A DNA stretch of 64,000 nt from Candidatus Nomurabacteria bacterium (GTDB lineage: Bacteria; Patescibacteriota; Minisyncoccia; Phycocordibacterales; UBA9973), in the NCBI GenBank assembly GCA_037139835.1, contig JBAXFQ010000002.1:10659-74658 (forward strand), read 5' to 3'. The translations under genes were made by a program, and so were the position numbers. This document shows, piece after piece, positions 28,485 to 38,120 of the stretch; the stretch's first letter is position 1; each line of letters begins with the position of its first letter. The notes below the pieces were generated by a model. The model had not been told where the DNA came from. It made no database searches and saw nothing but the letters and a program-made list of their open reading frames with translations.

Positions 28485-29777
28485 TTAGAGCGATAAATTT
28501 CCCTGAGCTTTTATGGAATTTATATTTTTTGCAAACTTTTTGTTTTTGGCTTGGAAGTATCCAGCGATGGCTATCATGAGTGCATTGTCGCCAGTGAGAG
28601 TTTTGGAAGGGAAGTGAATTTTAACTTTGAGTTTATTTTCTTTTATTTTTTCAGTCATAGTTTTTTGTAAGTATGAATTCGCTGAGACTCCACCTCCGAC
28701 AATTAAGGTTTGTATTTTGTATTCTTTTATAGCTTTGATAGTTTTATGAACTAGAGTTTCTACAACTGCATCTTCGAATTCTCTAGCAATTTTTTGTTTG
28801 ATATTTATATCTTCTAAAACATTTGAATTTTGAATTTTTAAGTCACGTATCAAGTAAAGTACTGCTGTCTTTAATCCAGAGAATGAAAAATCATAATCCT
28901 TAGAATGAATCATAGGACGGGGGAGAGTGATATCAAGAATCTCACTCGATATATTATTTCCGTCAGCACGCAATAAAACCTTGCTAGATTTTTTGCTAGT
29001 GCTCGGCTCGACAGCCTGTGCAATGCTTCCTGGAACAATATATTCTCGCTCTATTTTTGCTAGCCTTGATATTTCTGGTCCGCCAGGGTAAGGAAGACCC
29101 ATCATGCGAGCCACTTTGTCGAAAGCCTCGCCTGCAGCATCGTCACGAGTTTGTCCTATATTTTTATATTTCATCCAATCTTTGACTAAGACTAGCTCAG
29201 TATGTCCACCTGAGACGAGGAGTGAAAGCATCGGGAACATTTTATCTTCTATCTCAATTGTGAAGTTTTTTGTTTTCTTTGGAAATATAGAAAAGACATG
29301 ACCTTCCATATGATTTACGGGAACTATAGGTATATCCCAATAAATACTTAGTGCTTTTGCAAAGCTGATACCTACCCAAAGTGCTGGCTCAAGTCCTGGT
29401 CCAGTCGTTACGGCTATAGCATCTATGTTTGGCTTTTTAATAAAAGGCATTATACTCATCCATCTGTCTTGTATTTCATTTTCTCTGTCTAGTAATTTAT
29501 TTATTTTATTTTCTAGCTTTGCGTCTGACTGAGCAGTTTTATTTACTTTATACATCTTTGCTTCCTTGAATGTTTTTTCTAGGACTCCTATTATATTTTT
29601 TCCATGTTCTCTTTTAGCCATCATTGGGAAAACTCCTCCATATTGTATATGAAGAGCTATCTGAGAAGAGACTTCATTACCTAGAATTTTGAATTTTATT
29701 TTTTTGCCTTCGTTTTTAACCTCGATTATTGAGATAGCTGTCTCATCACAAGAGGTTTCAATTGCTAAAATTTTCAT
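28485..29777 (-). CDS. tsaD: tRNA N6-adenosine threonylcarbamoyltransferase TsaD, with insertions
   Basis: IETSCDET, GPGL, VNHMEGH, LLVSGGHT, DDAAGEAFDK, FSFSGLKT and DNALMIA. Confidence 0.96.
   Translation of the reverse strand: MKILAIETSCDETAISIIEVKNEGKKIKFKILGNEVSSQIALHIQYGGVFPMMAKREHGKNIIGVLEKTFKEAKMYKVNKTAQSDAKLENKINKLLDRENEIQDRWMSIMPFIKKPNIDAIAVTTGPGLEPALWVGISFAKALSIYWDIPIVPVNHMEGHVFSIFPKKTKNFTIEIEDKMFPMLSLLVSGGHTELVLVKDWMKYKNIGQTRDDAAGEAFDKVARMMGLPYPGGPEISRLAKIEREYIVPGSIAQAVEPSTSKKSSKVLLRADGNNISSEILDITLPRPMIHSKDYDFSFSGLKTAVLYLIRDLKIQNSNVLEDINIKQKIAREFEDAVVETLVHKTIKAIKEYKIQTLIVGGGVSANSYLQKTMTEKIKENKLKVKIHFPSKTLTGDNALMIAIAGYFQAKNKKFAKNINSIKAQGNLSL
28955..29038 (-). repeat. Palindromic repeat element, in-frame copy inside tsaD
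   Basis: GTGCTCGGCTCGACAGCCT at 28999-29017 is the exact reverse complement of 28399-28417. Confidence 0.75.
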
Positions 29778-29834
29778 ATTTGCACTATAACATAAGGGTT
29801 TTTATTTGACTACCATTTATGTTAGAATGAATTT

Positions 29835-30413
29835 ATGAACAAAAAGCATATTATAACTATTGCAGGTTCGCTTGGAAGTGGTAAATCTTCCACCGCTAAA
29901 AGAGTCGCAGAAATACTATGTTACACTCACTATTCTACAGGAGACTTTATGCGTTCTATTGCAGATAAAAGAGGCGTCTCTCTTGGAGAATTAAATGTCA
30001 TAGGAGAGATAGATACTTCTATAGATAAAGAACTTGATGATATAAATATAGAAATAGGTAATATGGAAAATGTCGTTCTTGATTCTCGCTTAGGTTTTCA
30101 TTTTATACCAAATGCTTTTAAAGTTTTTCTTGAACTTGATCCTGAAACTGCCTCAGAAAGAATTTTAAAAGATAAAGAAAATAATCCAAATCGAAGTAAG
30201 GAAGCCTCTGGTTCTTTTGATACAAAAGAAAGTATTTTAGAGAAGACTGCTAATCGTCTGTCGAGTGAGCGAAAACGCTATAGGGATTTATATGGTATAG
30301 AAGACCATACTTCACCGGATAACTTCGATATAGTTATAAGCACAAAAGAAATACTACTTGAAGAAGTTTCTAAAAAGGTCGTCCTAGAATACAATAATTG
30401 GCTTAATAAATAA
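29835..30413 (+). CDS. cmk: Cytidylate kinase-like protein (short, archaeal-type)
   Basis: ITIAGSLGSGKSS P-loop, DSRLG and R...RY..LYG. Confidence 0.75.
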   Translation: MNKKHIITIAGSLGSGKSSTAKRVAEILCYTHYSTGDFMRSIADKRGVSLGELNVIGEIDTSIDKELDDINIEIGNMENVVLDSRLGFHFIPNAFKVFLELDPETASERILKDKENNPNRSKEASGSFDTKESILEKTANRLSSERKRYRDLYGIEDHTSPDNFDIVISTKEILLEEVSKKVVLEYNNWLNK

Positions 30414-30419
30414 AATAAT

Positions 30420-31817
30420 ATGAAAATATTAAACGACATACTCAATGATATAGTGATCCTAGAAACTCATGGCAATATCGATGCTGGAGTTTCTTCTGTT
30501 TCGTTAAATTCTAAAATGATAGAGCCACATTCATTATTTGTAGCTCTTTCTGGTAATGTAGTAGACGGTCATATTTTTATAGATGAAGTAATCGAAAAAG
30601 GGGCTACGACGATAGTATACGAGCATGAACCTAAAGAATTTAAACATGGCATTAATTATATAAAAGTTGCAGATTCTCATAGTGCTATCGGTATTATCGC
30701 AAGTAATTTCTATGACAATCCTTCTCATAAGATGAAGTTAGTCGGCGTGACTGGTACAAGTGGTAAGACGACTACTGCGACTCTACTTCATCAATTATTT
30801 AGAGATTTAGGTCATAAAGTAGGAATGATAGGAACTGTTGTAAATAAAGTAAACGACAAGTCTTATGAAGCTCACCGTACTACCCCAGATGCTGTAACCT
30901 TGAATGAACTTTTAGCAGAGATGGTAGATGATGGATGTGAATATTGTTTTATGGAAGTTTCTTCTCATTCCGTCTCAGAGAAAAGAATTGCAGGTCTTCA
31001 TTTTGTGGGAGGAATATTTACCAATCTAACACTAGATCATTTAGATTACCATAAGACAATGGATGACTATTGTGATGCCAAGAAAGGCTTTTTTGATATT
31101 ATACCTGCAGCAGGTTTCGCTATTTCAAATATAGACGATGAGAGGGGTCAGTATATGCTCTCTACTACCAAGGCGCATACTTATACTTTTAGTTTGAAGA
31201 AAGATGCTGATTTCAATGAACGATTTGAGTCAAAGTTGATAGGAGAATTCAATGCTTATAATTTACTTGGTATCTATGCAGCAGCAGTTTTACTTGGAGA
31301 AGATAAAGGAAAAATTAAAGAAGCATTTAAAAATCTAGAAGCAGTACCTGGCAGGTTCCAGTATTATAAATCTGAAAATGGAGTTACTGGTATCGTTGAC
31401 TATGCTCACAAGCCAGATGCACTTTTGAATGTTTTAAAAACAGCAAATGAAATGAAGGGTAGTGGCAGAGTGATAGCAGTAGTCGGTTGTGGTGGTGATA
31501 GAGATAGAAGTAAGAGACCTATAATGGCCAAAATTGGTTATGATATGAGTGATATTCTTATACTTACATCGGACAATCCTCGCACAGAAAAACCTGAAGA
31601 CATAATAGAAGAAATGATGAAAGGAATAGAAGGGCTACCAAATGAAAAGGTTTACATTCTTCTTGATCGCCGTGAAGCTATATCACAAGCGTGCCTGGAA
31701 GCATTACCAGGAGATATCATTCTGATCGCAGGTAAGGGTCATGAGACTTACCAGGAAGTAAATGGTGTTCAAACTCACTTTGATGATTTAGAAGAATTGC
31801 AAAAATATTTGAAGTAG
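30420..31817 (+). CDS. murE: UDP-MurNAc-tripeptide synthetase (mDAP-type)
   Basis: GVTGTSGKTT, MEVSSH, DYAHKPD, GCGGDRD, DNPR and AGKGHE. Confidence 0.95.
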   Translation: MKILNDILNDIVILETHGNIDAGVSSVSLNSKMIEPHSLFVALSGNVVDGHIFIDEVIEKGATTIVYEHEPKEFKHGINYIKVADSHSAIGIIASNFYDNPSHKMKLVGVTGTSGKTTTATLLHQLFRDLGHKVGMIGTVVNKVNDKSYEAHRTTPDAVTLNELLAEMVDDGCEYCFMEVSSHSVSEKRIAGLHFVGGIFTNLTLDHLDYHKTMDDYCDAKKGFFDIIPAAGFAISNIDDERGQYMLSTTKAHTYTFSLKKDADFNERFESKLIGEFNAYNLLGIYAAAVLLGEDKGKIKEAFKNLEAVPGRFQYYKSENGVTGIVDYAHKPDALLNVLKTANEMKGSGRVIAVVGCGGDRDRSKRPIMAKIGYDMSDILILTSDNPRTEKPEDIIEEMMKGIEGLPNEKVYILLDRREAISQACLEALPGDIILIAGKGHETYQEVNGVQTHFDDLEELQKYLK

Positions 31818-31843
31818 AATAATTTACTTTGTAATAAAATAAA

Positions 31844-33181
31844 ATGACAAATTATAAAAAATTTTTTAAAGATAAGAAGATTACTATAATGGGGTTAGGC
31901 CTTTTGGGAAGAGGAATCGGCTACACTAAATTCTTTGCAGAATGTGGTGCAGATTTGATAGTGACTGACTTAAAGACAGAAGAGCAACTCGCAACATCGG
32001 TAAAAGTTCTGGAAAAATTTTCTAATATCAAATTTGTTTTAGGCGAGCATAGACTGGAAGATTTTAAGGGTAGAGATATGGTTATGAAGGCTGCAGGTGT
32101 GCCACTCGATTCTATTTATATAGAAGAGGCAAGAAAGAATAATATTCCTATTGAGATGGATGTCTCACTTTTTGCCAAGTGTGCTCCTGAGGTTATGATA
32201 ATAGGGGTGACAGGTACAAGAGGTAAGTCTATGACCACAACGCTAATATACGAGATATTGAAAGCCAATGATAAATTTCTTAAGAAGAATGTTTATGTCG
32301 GAGGTAATCTTCGCGGAGTAGCAACATTGCCTTTACTTAAAAAAGTCAAAGCAGGAGACATTTTAGTCTGTGAGCTAGATTCTTGGCAGTTGCAAGGGTT
32401 CGGTGAAGCAAGTATTTCTCCTCATATATCAGTATTTACAACATTTATGCCTGATCATATGAATTACTATAAAGATAGTATGGAAAGATATTTTGAAGAT
32501 AAGGCTAATATTTTTAAATATCAAAACAAGGAGGATATTCTAGTCGTTCGTCCGGGAATGAAGAACTTTATAAATAAAAAAGATTTGAAAAGTAAGTTAT
32601 TGGTAGTTAACCCGAAGATTGTTTCTGATTGGAAGTTTAGTACTCCAGGTAGTCACCAGAGAGAGAATCTAGCTTGTGCTGTAAAAGTTGCTGAAGTTCT
32701 AGGTATTCCAGAAACAAAAATAAAGAAAGCTGTATCTTCTTTTAAAGATCTAGAAGGTCGTCTTCAGCTTTTGAGAGTCTATAAAGGTATCAAAATTTAT
32801 AATGACAATAACGCTACTACTCCAGAAGCTACTATATCTGGCATAGAAGCCTTGAAAGGTACCAAAAAGAATATTATTTTAATATGTGGAGGTGCAGACA
32901 AAAAACTTTCTTTAGATGATTTTGTCAAAGTTGTAAACAAGAATTGTAAGGCCATTGTGATGATACCTGGTACTGGAACTACAAATCTAATTACAAATTA
33001 CAAATTACAAATGAATAATGAAGTTGGTAAGGATTTAAATGATATTATAAAGACTGCACTGAGTCTAGCTTCACGCGGAGATACAGTACTTTTTTCTCCA
33101 GCTTTTGCATCATTTGGAATGTTTAATAATGAATACGAAAGAAATGATTTATTCATGAAGATAATTAAAAGATTGAAATAA
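31844..33181 (+). CDS. murD: UDP-MurNAc-L-Ala--D-glutamate ligase
   Basis: GVTGTRGKS, ELDSWQL, DHMNYY and FSPAFASFGMF.N..ER. Confidence 0.93.
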   Translation: MTNYKKFFKDKKITIMGLGLLGRGIGYTKFFAECGADLIVTDLKTEEQLATSVKVLEKFSNIKFVLGEHRLEDFKGRDMVMKAAGVPLDSIYIEEARKNNIPIEMDVSLFAKCAPEVMIIGVTGTRGKSMTTTLIYEILKANDKFLKKNVYVGGNLRGVATLPLLKKVKAGDILVCELDSWQLQGFGEASISPHISVFTTFMPDHMNYYKDSMERYFEDKANIFKYQNKEDILVVRPGMKNFINKKDLKSKLLVVNPKIVSDWKFSTPGSHQRENLACAVKVAEVLGIPETKIKKAVSSFKDLEGRLQLLRVYKGIKIYNDNNATTPEATISGIEALKGTKKNIILICGGADKKLSLDDFVKVVNKNCKAIVMIPGTGTTNLITNYKLQMNNEVGKDLNDIIKTALSLASRGDTVLFSPAFASFGMFNNEYERNDLFMKIIKRLK

Positions 33182-33184
33182 TAT

Positions 33185-33793
33185 ATGAATAAAAAACAAA
33201 TTATTTTTATAGGAGGTGGTAATTCATTTGAGAAAAAAGGAGATTTTTATGAGTATCTTAGGTCCTATCAGATAGATTTGAATAGTAAAGATGAAAAATG
33301 GAATGATTTATTGGCAAAAGAATTAGGAGATGGATATGAATTAATTAAGCCAGTGATGCCATCAAAAGACGAAGCTGATTATAATGCTTGGAAAATATGG
33401 TTCGAAAAGCATTTTAGTTTTATTTATGATGAGAATCCTATTCTAATAGGGTATTCTCTTGGAGGGACTTTTCTTTTAAAATATTTATCTGAAAATAAAT
33501 TTATTAAAAATATTTCACAGCTTCATCTTATCGGACCTTTTGTTGAAAACGACGAATCTCTTTCAAAGTTAATGAGTTTTGAATTTGATATTAGTAAGAT
33601 TAATACTATTTCTAATTTGTGTGATGAAATGCATCTCTGGTATTCAGAGGATGATTATATTGTCCCATACAGAAATTCAGAACTTGTGAAGAGAAATTTA
33701 CCAGAGATTGAGTCTCATGTTTTTAATAATAGAGGCCATTTCTTCCAGTCATCATTTCCTGAATTGTTAGAAGTTATAAATAACGCAAAGTAA
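33185..33793 (+). CDS. Alpha/beta hydrolase, RBBP9/YdeN-like
   Basis: GYSLGG nucleophile, SEDDYIVP and GHF. Confidence 0.85.
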   Translation: MNKKQIIFIGGGNSFEKKGDFYEYLRSYQIDLNSKDEKWNDLLAKELGDGYELIKPVMPSKDEADYNAWKIWFEKHFSFIYDENPILIGYSLGGTFLLKYLSENKFIKNISQLHLIGPFVENDESLSKLMSFEFDISKINTISNLCDEMHLWYSEDDYIVPYRNSELVKRNLPEIESHVFNNRGHFFQSSFPELLEVINNAK

Positions 33794-33794
33794 T

Positions 33795-34580
33795 ATGGAA
33801 AAGTTTTCATTTAAAAATAAAAAAGATTTAGAAATAGTGGGAGAATTACATATTCCTAAATATCCAATCGGACTTGTTTATATTGAACATGGATCTGGTG
33901 GGCACAAAGGTCAAGTGTCTATAGTTGCTACTGTTGATACTTTTTACAAGAATAATTATATAGTTATTAATTTTGATGCTACAAATTCTATCGGAGAAAG
34001 TGGGGGTAAGTATGAAGATGCAACAATGCAACTTCATTATGAAGATTTAGTCGATGTTATTGAATGGTCAAAAAGCCAATCCTGGTATCAGGAACCGTTT
34101 ACGTTATCTGGATCAAGCTTAGGTGGATACTCTGTAATAAGATATGCAGAAGAATATCCTGATTTGGTTAGAGCCGTAGTTGCTAAAGCCCCTGTAGTGT
34201 CTGGAAAATTGTTTATTGAAACTTATGAAAAGTTTAATCCAGAAATTTTAAAAAATTGGAAAGAAACAGGTTGGTTAGAAAGAGAAAGTGTGTCTAAACC
34301 TGGTTTAGTAAAAAGATTACCATGGTCATATATGGAAGAACAGTTAAGTCATGACCTCATACCAGGTGTTTCAAAATTAATTATGCCAGTACTTATAGTT
34401 GTTGGTGAAAATGATATAACTTGCCCATTGAATGTCCAAAAAATATTTTTTAATTTATTACCTAAAAATAAAGATAATGAATTAATGATTATAAAAGGAG
34501 CACCACATACTTTCAAAGACGAGAATCATATTATTGAATTTAAAAATATATTAGATAAATGGTTAAAGAAATTAAAATAA
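33795..34580 (+). CDS. Alpha/beta hydrolase
   Basis: HG, GSSLGG, GEND and GAPH triad motifs. Confidence 0.88.
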   Translation: MEKFSFKNKKDLEIVGELHIPKYPIGLVYIEHGSGGHKGQVSIVATVDTFYKNNYIVINFDATNSIGESGGKYEDATMQLHYEDLVDVIEWSKSQSWYQEPFTLSGSSLGGYSVIRYAEEYPDLVRAVVAKAPVVSGKLFIETYEKFNPEILKNWKETGWLERESVSKPGLVKRLPWSYMEEQLSHDLIPGVSKLIMPVLIVVGENDITCPLNVQKIFFNLLPKNKDNELMIIKGAPHTFKDENHIIEFKNILDKWLKKLK

Positions 34581-34584
34581 ATTT

Positions 34585-34824
34585 ATGAAAAAATTAGAAA
34601 TAGGAGCAATATATAAGCATTATAAGGGGACTAAGGTAAAAGTTCTAGGTGAAGCTATACATAGTGAGACAATTGAGCCTATGGTTATTTATATGCATTT
34701 AGAGGATAGTGCAACTTGGGTCCGTCCAAAGAAAATGTTTCTAGAAAATATCCTTATAAAAGGTAAGAAGGTTGAAAGATTTCAGAAAATTAAACAAGGT
34801 ATTTTAATAAAGCCTAAGAAATAA
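34585..34824 (+). CDS. DUF1653 family protein
   Basis: YKHYKG, A.HSET, WVRP..MF and RF. Confidence 0.88.
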   Translation: MKKLEIGAIYKHYKGTKVKVLGEAIHSETIEPMVIYMHLEDSATWVRPKKMFLENILIKGKKVERFQKIKQGILIKPKK

Positions 34825-34828
34825 ACAT

Positions 34829-36157
34829 ATGGATATAGATTTATCAAAAATAAAAAATGTTCACTTTATAGGTATTGGGGGTATAGGGGTTTCAGCTGTG
34901 GCTCGGATGATGGTTTTTGCCGATGCAAATGTGACCGGCCAAGATATGCAAGAGGGTGAAATAGTCAATGAACTCAAGAAACTTGGGGTTTCTATAACGA
35001 TAGGGCAGTCTTTTGAGAATATTCCAGATGATACAGAATTAGTTGTTTATACTGTTGCTATCGAGACTTATGATAAAGAACTTTTTGATAAACTAAAGAA
35101 TGAAAAAAGATTTGCAATCCGTTCTTATCCAGAGATGTTAGGCATAATAAGTAGTGACAAGTATACGATTGCTGTATGTGGAACTCACGGTAAGACAACG
35201 ACGACAGGTATGATAGCGGAGATTTTGAGAGGTGCTGATTATGACCCGACAGTTATAGTTGGTAGCTTACTAAAAGATACTGATGGGTCCCGAACAAATT
35301 TTATCGGAGGGAAGAGCAATTATTTTGTAGTTGAAGCTTGTGAGTATCGTAGATCTTTTTTAAAGATTAATCCAAATATTTTAGTGATTACAAATATAGA
35401 TGAGGATCATTTAGATTATTATAGAGATATTGAAGATATAAAAAATGCCTTCCGTGCTATGGCTATGAAAGTTCCAGAGGATGGATTTGTAATTTGTAAT
35501 CCTTCAGATAAAAATATAGCAGATGTTATTAAAGATATAAAAGCAAAAGTAATTAATTGGCATGAATATTATAATAATGAATTAAAATTAAAAATTCCAG
35601 GAATTCACAACAAGAAAGATGCAGCAGCGGCTATATCAGCAGGAGTTTCAGTAGGAATTTCTAAAGAAAAAGTAGAAGCAAATGTTTGTAATTTCCCTGG
35701 CACTTGGAGAAGGTTTGAATTTAAAGGACAACTTCCAAATGGTGTTTTAGTCTATGATGATTATGCTCATCATCCTTTGGAGATTACCTCTACTTTGCAA
35801 GGTTTTAGAGAATTATATTCTAAGGAAGACGGCTGGAATATTACGGTAGTTTTTCAACCTCATTTATTTTCAAGAACTAAGTTGCTGTTGAATGATTTTG
35901 CTCAAAGTTTTAAAGATGCAGATCAGGTTATGCTTTTACCTATATATTATGCTCGAGAGGTGGACGACGGTACTATATCTTCAGAAATTCTAGAATTTGA
36001 GATCAATAAATATAGTGATAATGCAGAATCTTTTAAGGATTTCAGTAAATTAGAGAAAAATATACTTATAAGACTTGAGAAAATGGGAGGCAAGGATGTT
36101 GTTGTTACTATGGGTGCGGGAGAAGCCTTTAAAATAGGTGATTTTATATTGAAATAA
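34829..36157 (+). CDS. murC: UDP-N-acetylmuramate--L-alanine ligase
   Basis: HFIGIGGIGVSA, GTHGKTTT, DDYAHHP and VFQPH. Confidence 0.95.
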   Translation: MDIDLSKIKNVHFIGIGGIGVSAVARMMVFADANVTGQDMQEGEIVNELKKLGVSITIGQSFENIPDDTELVVYTVAIETYDKELFDKLKNEKRFAIRSYPEMLGIISSDKYTIAVCGTHGKTTTTGMIAEILRGADYDPTVIVGSLLKDTDGSRTNFIGGKSNYFVVEACEYRRSFLKINPNILVITNIDEDHLDYYRDIEDIKNAFRAMAMKVPEDGFVICNPSDKNIADVIKDIKAKVINWHEYYNNELKLKIPGIHNKKDAAAAISAGVSVGISKEKVEANVCNFPGTWRRFEFKGQLPNGVLVYDDYAHHPLEITSTLQGFRELYSKEDGWNITVVFQPHLFSRTKLLLNDFAQSFKDADQVMLLPIYYAREVDDGTISSEILEFEINKYSDNAESFKDFSKLEKNILIRLEKMGGKDVVVTMGAGEAFKIGDFILK

Positions 36158-36187
36158 AATATCATAATTATGATATAATATTAGTAT

Positions 36188-36919
36188 ATGGAAAAACAAA
36201 ATAAATTTTTAATATTTTTGAATTCAAGAATTTTTGTAGGCTTAGGTATAATAGCTGCGGCATTTATCGGTGCTTATACTTTTTATCAAATTCGTTCTCT
36301 GGATAATACCTTAACAGTGACAGGAAGTACGACAAAGCAAGTCACATCGGACCATGTTAAATGGGTTGGTGCTCTAAATAGAGTAGTAAAGGCAAGTACA
36401 CTTAAAACTGGTTATTCCGATCTAGCTCGTGATCTTGTTTTTGTAAAAGAATTTTTGAAAGAGAAGAATATTCCGGACAATCAGATCGTCGTTTCTCCTA
36501 TTTTCATGGATCAGAACTATGATCAGCCTCAAGGTTCAGAGAGAAGCTATACTCTTCGTCAAACAATAGATATAAATTCAAGTGATGTAAATGCAATTGC
36601 TGACGTTGCTAAAAATATACAACCTTTAATTGAGAAAGGAGTTATCTTCTCTACTCAGTCTCTAGAGTTTACATATACAAAACTTCCACAAGAGAGAGTT
36701 GCTATGCTTGCTGATGCAGTAAAGGATGCCAAGTCTCGTGCAGCTAGTTTAGCTGAGTCGAGCGGAAAGACCGTTGGACAGCTGAAGAATGCTTCTTCTG
36801 GTGTCGTGCAGGTTATGTCTGCAAACTCAAACGAAGTTTCAGACTATGGCTCTTATGACACATCAAAAGTAGAGAAAAACATAATGATGACAGTCAAAGC
36901 TACATTCACTCTCAAATAA
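36188..36919 (+). CDS. SIMPL/DUF541 domain protein
   Basis: N-terminal TM, TLTVTGS, AVKDAKSRA..LA and K.IMMTVKATF. Confidence 0.82.
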   Translation: MEKQNKFLIFLNSRIFVGLGIIAAAFIGAYTFYQIRSLDNTLTVTGSTTKQVTSDHVKWVGALNRVVKASTLKTGYSDLARDLVFVKEFLKEKNIPDNQIVVSPIFMDQNYDQPQGSERSYTLRQTIDINSSDVNAIADVAKNIQPLIEKGVIFSTQSLEFTYTKLPQERVAMLADAVKDAKSRAASLAESSGKTVGQLKNASSGVVQVMSANSNEVSDYGSYDTSKVEKNIMMTVKATFTLK

Positions 36920-36930
36920 ATAAATACGAT

Positions 36931-37794
36931 ATGAAAAAATATTTTGTACTTTTTATTTTATTTTACATAGCATTTATTCCATCAGCTGGTGCCACAGTTA
37001 TAACTACTACTGGTTTTATACCAGGTCAGATTTGGTATAGCAAGGACACTATAGCTGAGGGTGATACAGTAAAAATATATACAGCTATTTGGAATAATAG
37101 TACATCTCCTTTGTCTGCAAAGGTTGAATTTTATGATCAAAATGTAATTTTAGGGACAAGAGACGTAGTATTACCTTCACAACAATTGATGGATGCATCT
37201 GTGACTTGGAAAGTAACAGCAGGAGATCATTCTATCTCTGCCAAGATTATTTCTCCTAGTGTGACAGTCAGTGGAAAGAAAGAAATAGTTACAGTCAATA
37301 ATGTTTTGACCTCAGTTGATCGTAAATTCGTACCAGTCGTTTTAAATACGATAGAGGGTCAACCTGCTACTTCTACTGATATTTTAAAAAGTCAGATCGA
37401 TAAAGCTACTGCATCTATAGATGGTATAATACCTAATTCTATAAGTGAGCCTGTTTCTAAAAATGTTAATTCAATAGACAGTTTTAGAATAGATACACTG
37501 GCAAGTATTGCAAATACAAAATCAGAAGCAGAAAAGACAATTACAGAATTAAATAAATCTGATTCAAACAATAAAAGTGCTTCTGCTGGAGGAAAAGTTC
37601 TAGCAGTTAAAAATGTTGCAGAAAAAGGTAAAAGTATAGATAGTGCGACAGAAAAACCGATAGCTTATATAAAATTATTTTTATTTTCAGTTTTATCTTT
37701 CATTTTTAGTAGTAAGATAGTCTTCTATTTTTTAATTATTTTGATAATGTTCTTTATAATTAGAGGTATATACCGTAAAGTAAAGAATAGATAA
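36931..37794 (+). CDS. Secreted/membrane-anchored protein with an Ig-like (CARDB-like) domain
   Basis: Signal peptide, beta-rich domain (W...AGDHSISA) and a C-terminal TM. Confidence 0.65.
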   Translation: MKKYFVLFILFYIAFIPSAGATVITTTGFIPGQIWYSKDTIAEGDTVKIYTAIWNNSTSPLSAKVEFYDQNVILGTRDVVLPSQQLMDASVTWKVTAGDHSISAKIISPSVTVSGKKEIVTVNNVLTSVDRKFVPVVLNTIEGQPATSTDILKSQIDKATASIDGIIPNSISEPVSKNVNSIDSFRIDTLASIANTKSEAEKTITELNKSDSNNKSASAGGKVLAVKNVAEKGKSIDSATEKPIAYIKLFLFSVLSFIFSSKIVFYFLIILIMFFIIRGIYRKVKNR

Positions 37795-37838
37795 TAATGT
37801 TTGTCAAATTAGGCTCTTATCTAGTATACTAAACGAGT

Positions 37839-38120
37839 ATGAAGAGGGTCATTTTTGATATATTTTTGTTTATATTTGTTTTTGTTTTGCCCTGGTGGAT
37901 ATCACTTTTATGGGCTATTATTGGACTTTTTGTCTTTAAAAATTACTATGAGTTTTTGATTTCAAGTATTATTTTTTATGTCATATCCACAACGAGAGAA
38001 TATACTTTTTTTAACAGCTCATTATTATTTTATTTTGGTGTAATAATTTTTTACTTAATATCTCAATATATCCGTTGTCATATTATTTTATATAAAAATG
38101 AAATTTCATATAAATCATAA
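37839..38120 (+). CDS. Small membrane protein upstream of PBP2
   Basis: 93 aa, almost entirely hydrophobic; overlaps the PBP start. Confidence 0.65.
   Translation: MKRVIFDIFLFIFVFVLPWWISLLWAIIGLFVFKNYYEFLISSIIFYVISTTREYTFFNSSLLFYFGVIIFYLISQYIRCHIILYKNEISYKS

Noticed and set aside
28394-28579. 61-aa plus-strand ORF
   Set aside because: It starts inside the repeat element and runs antisense into tsaD.
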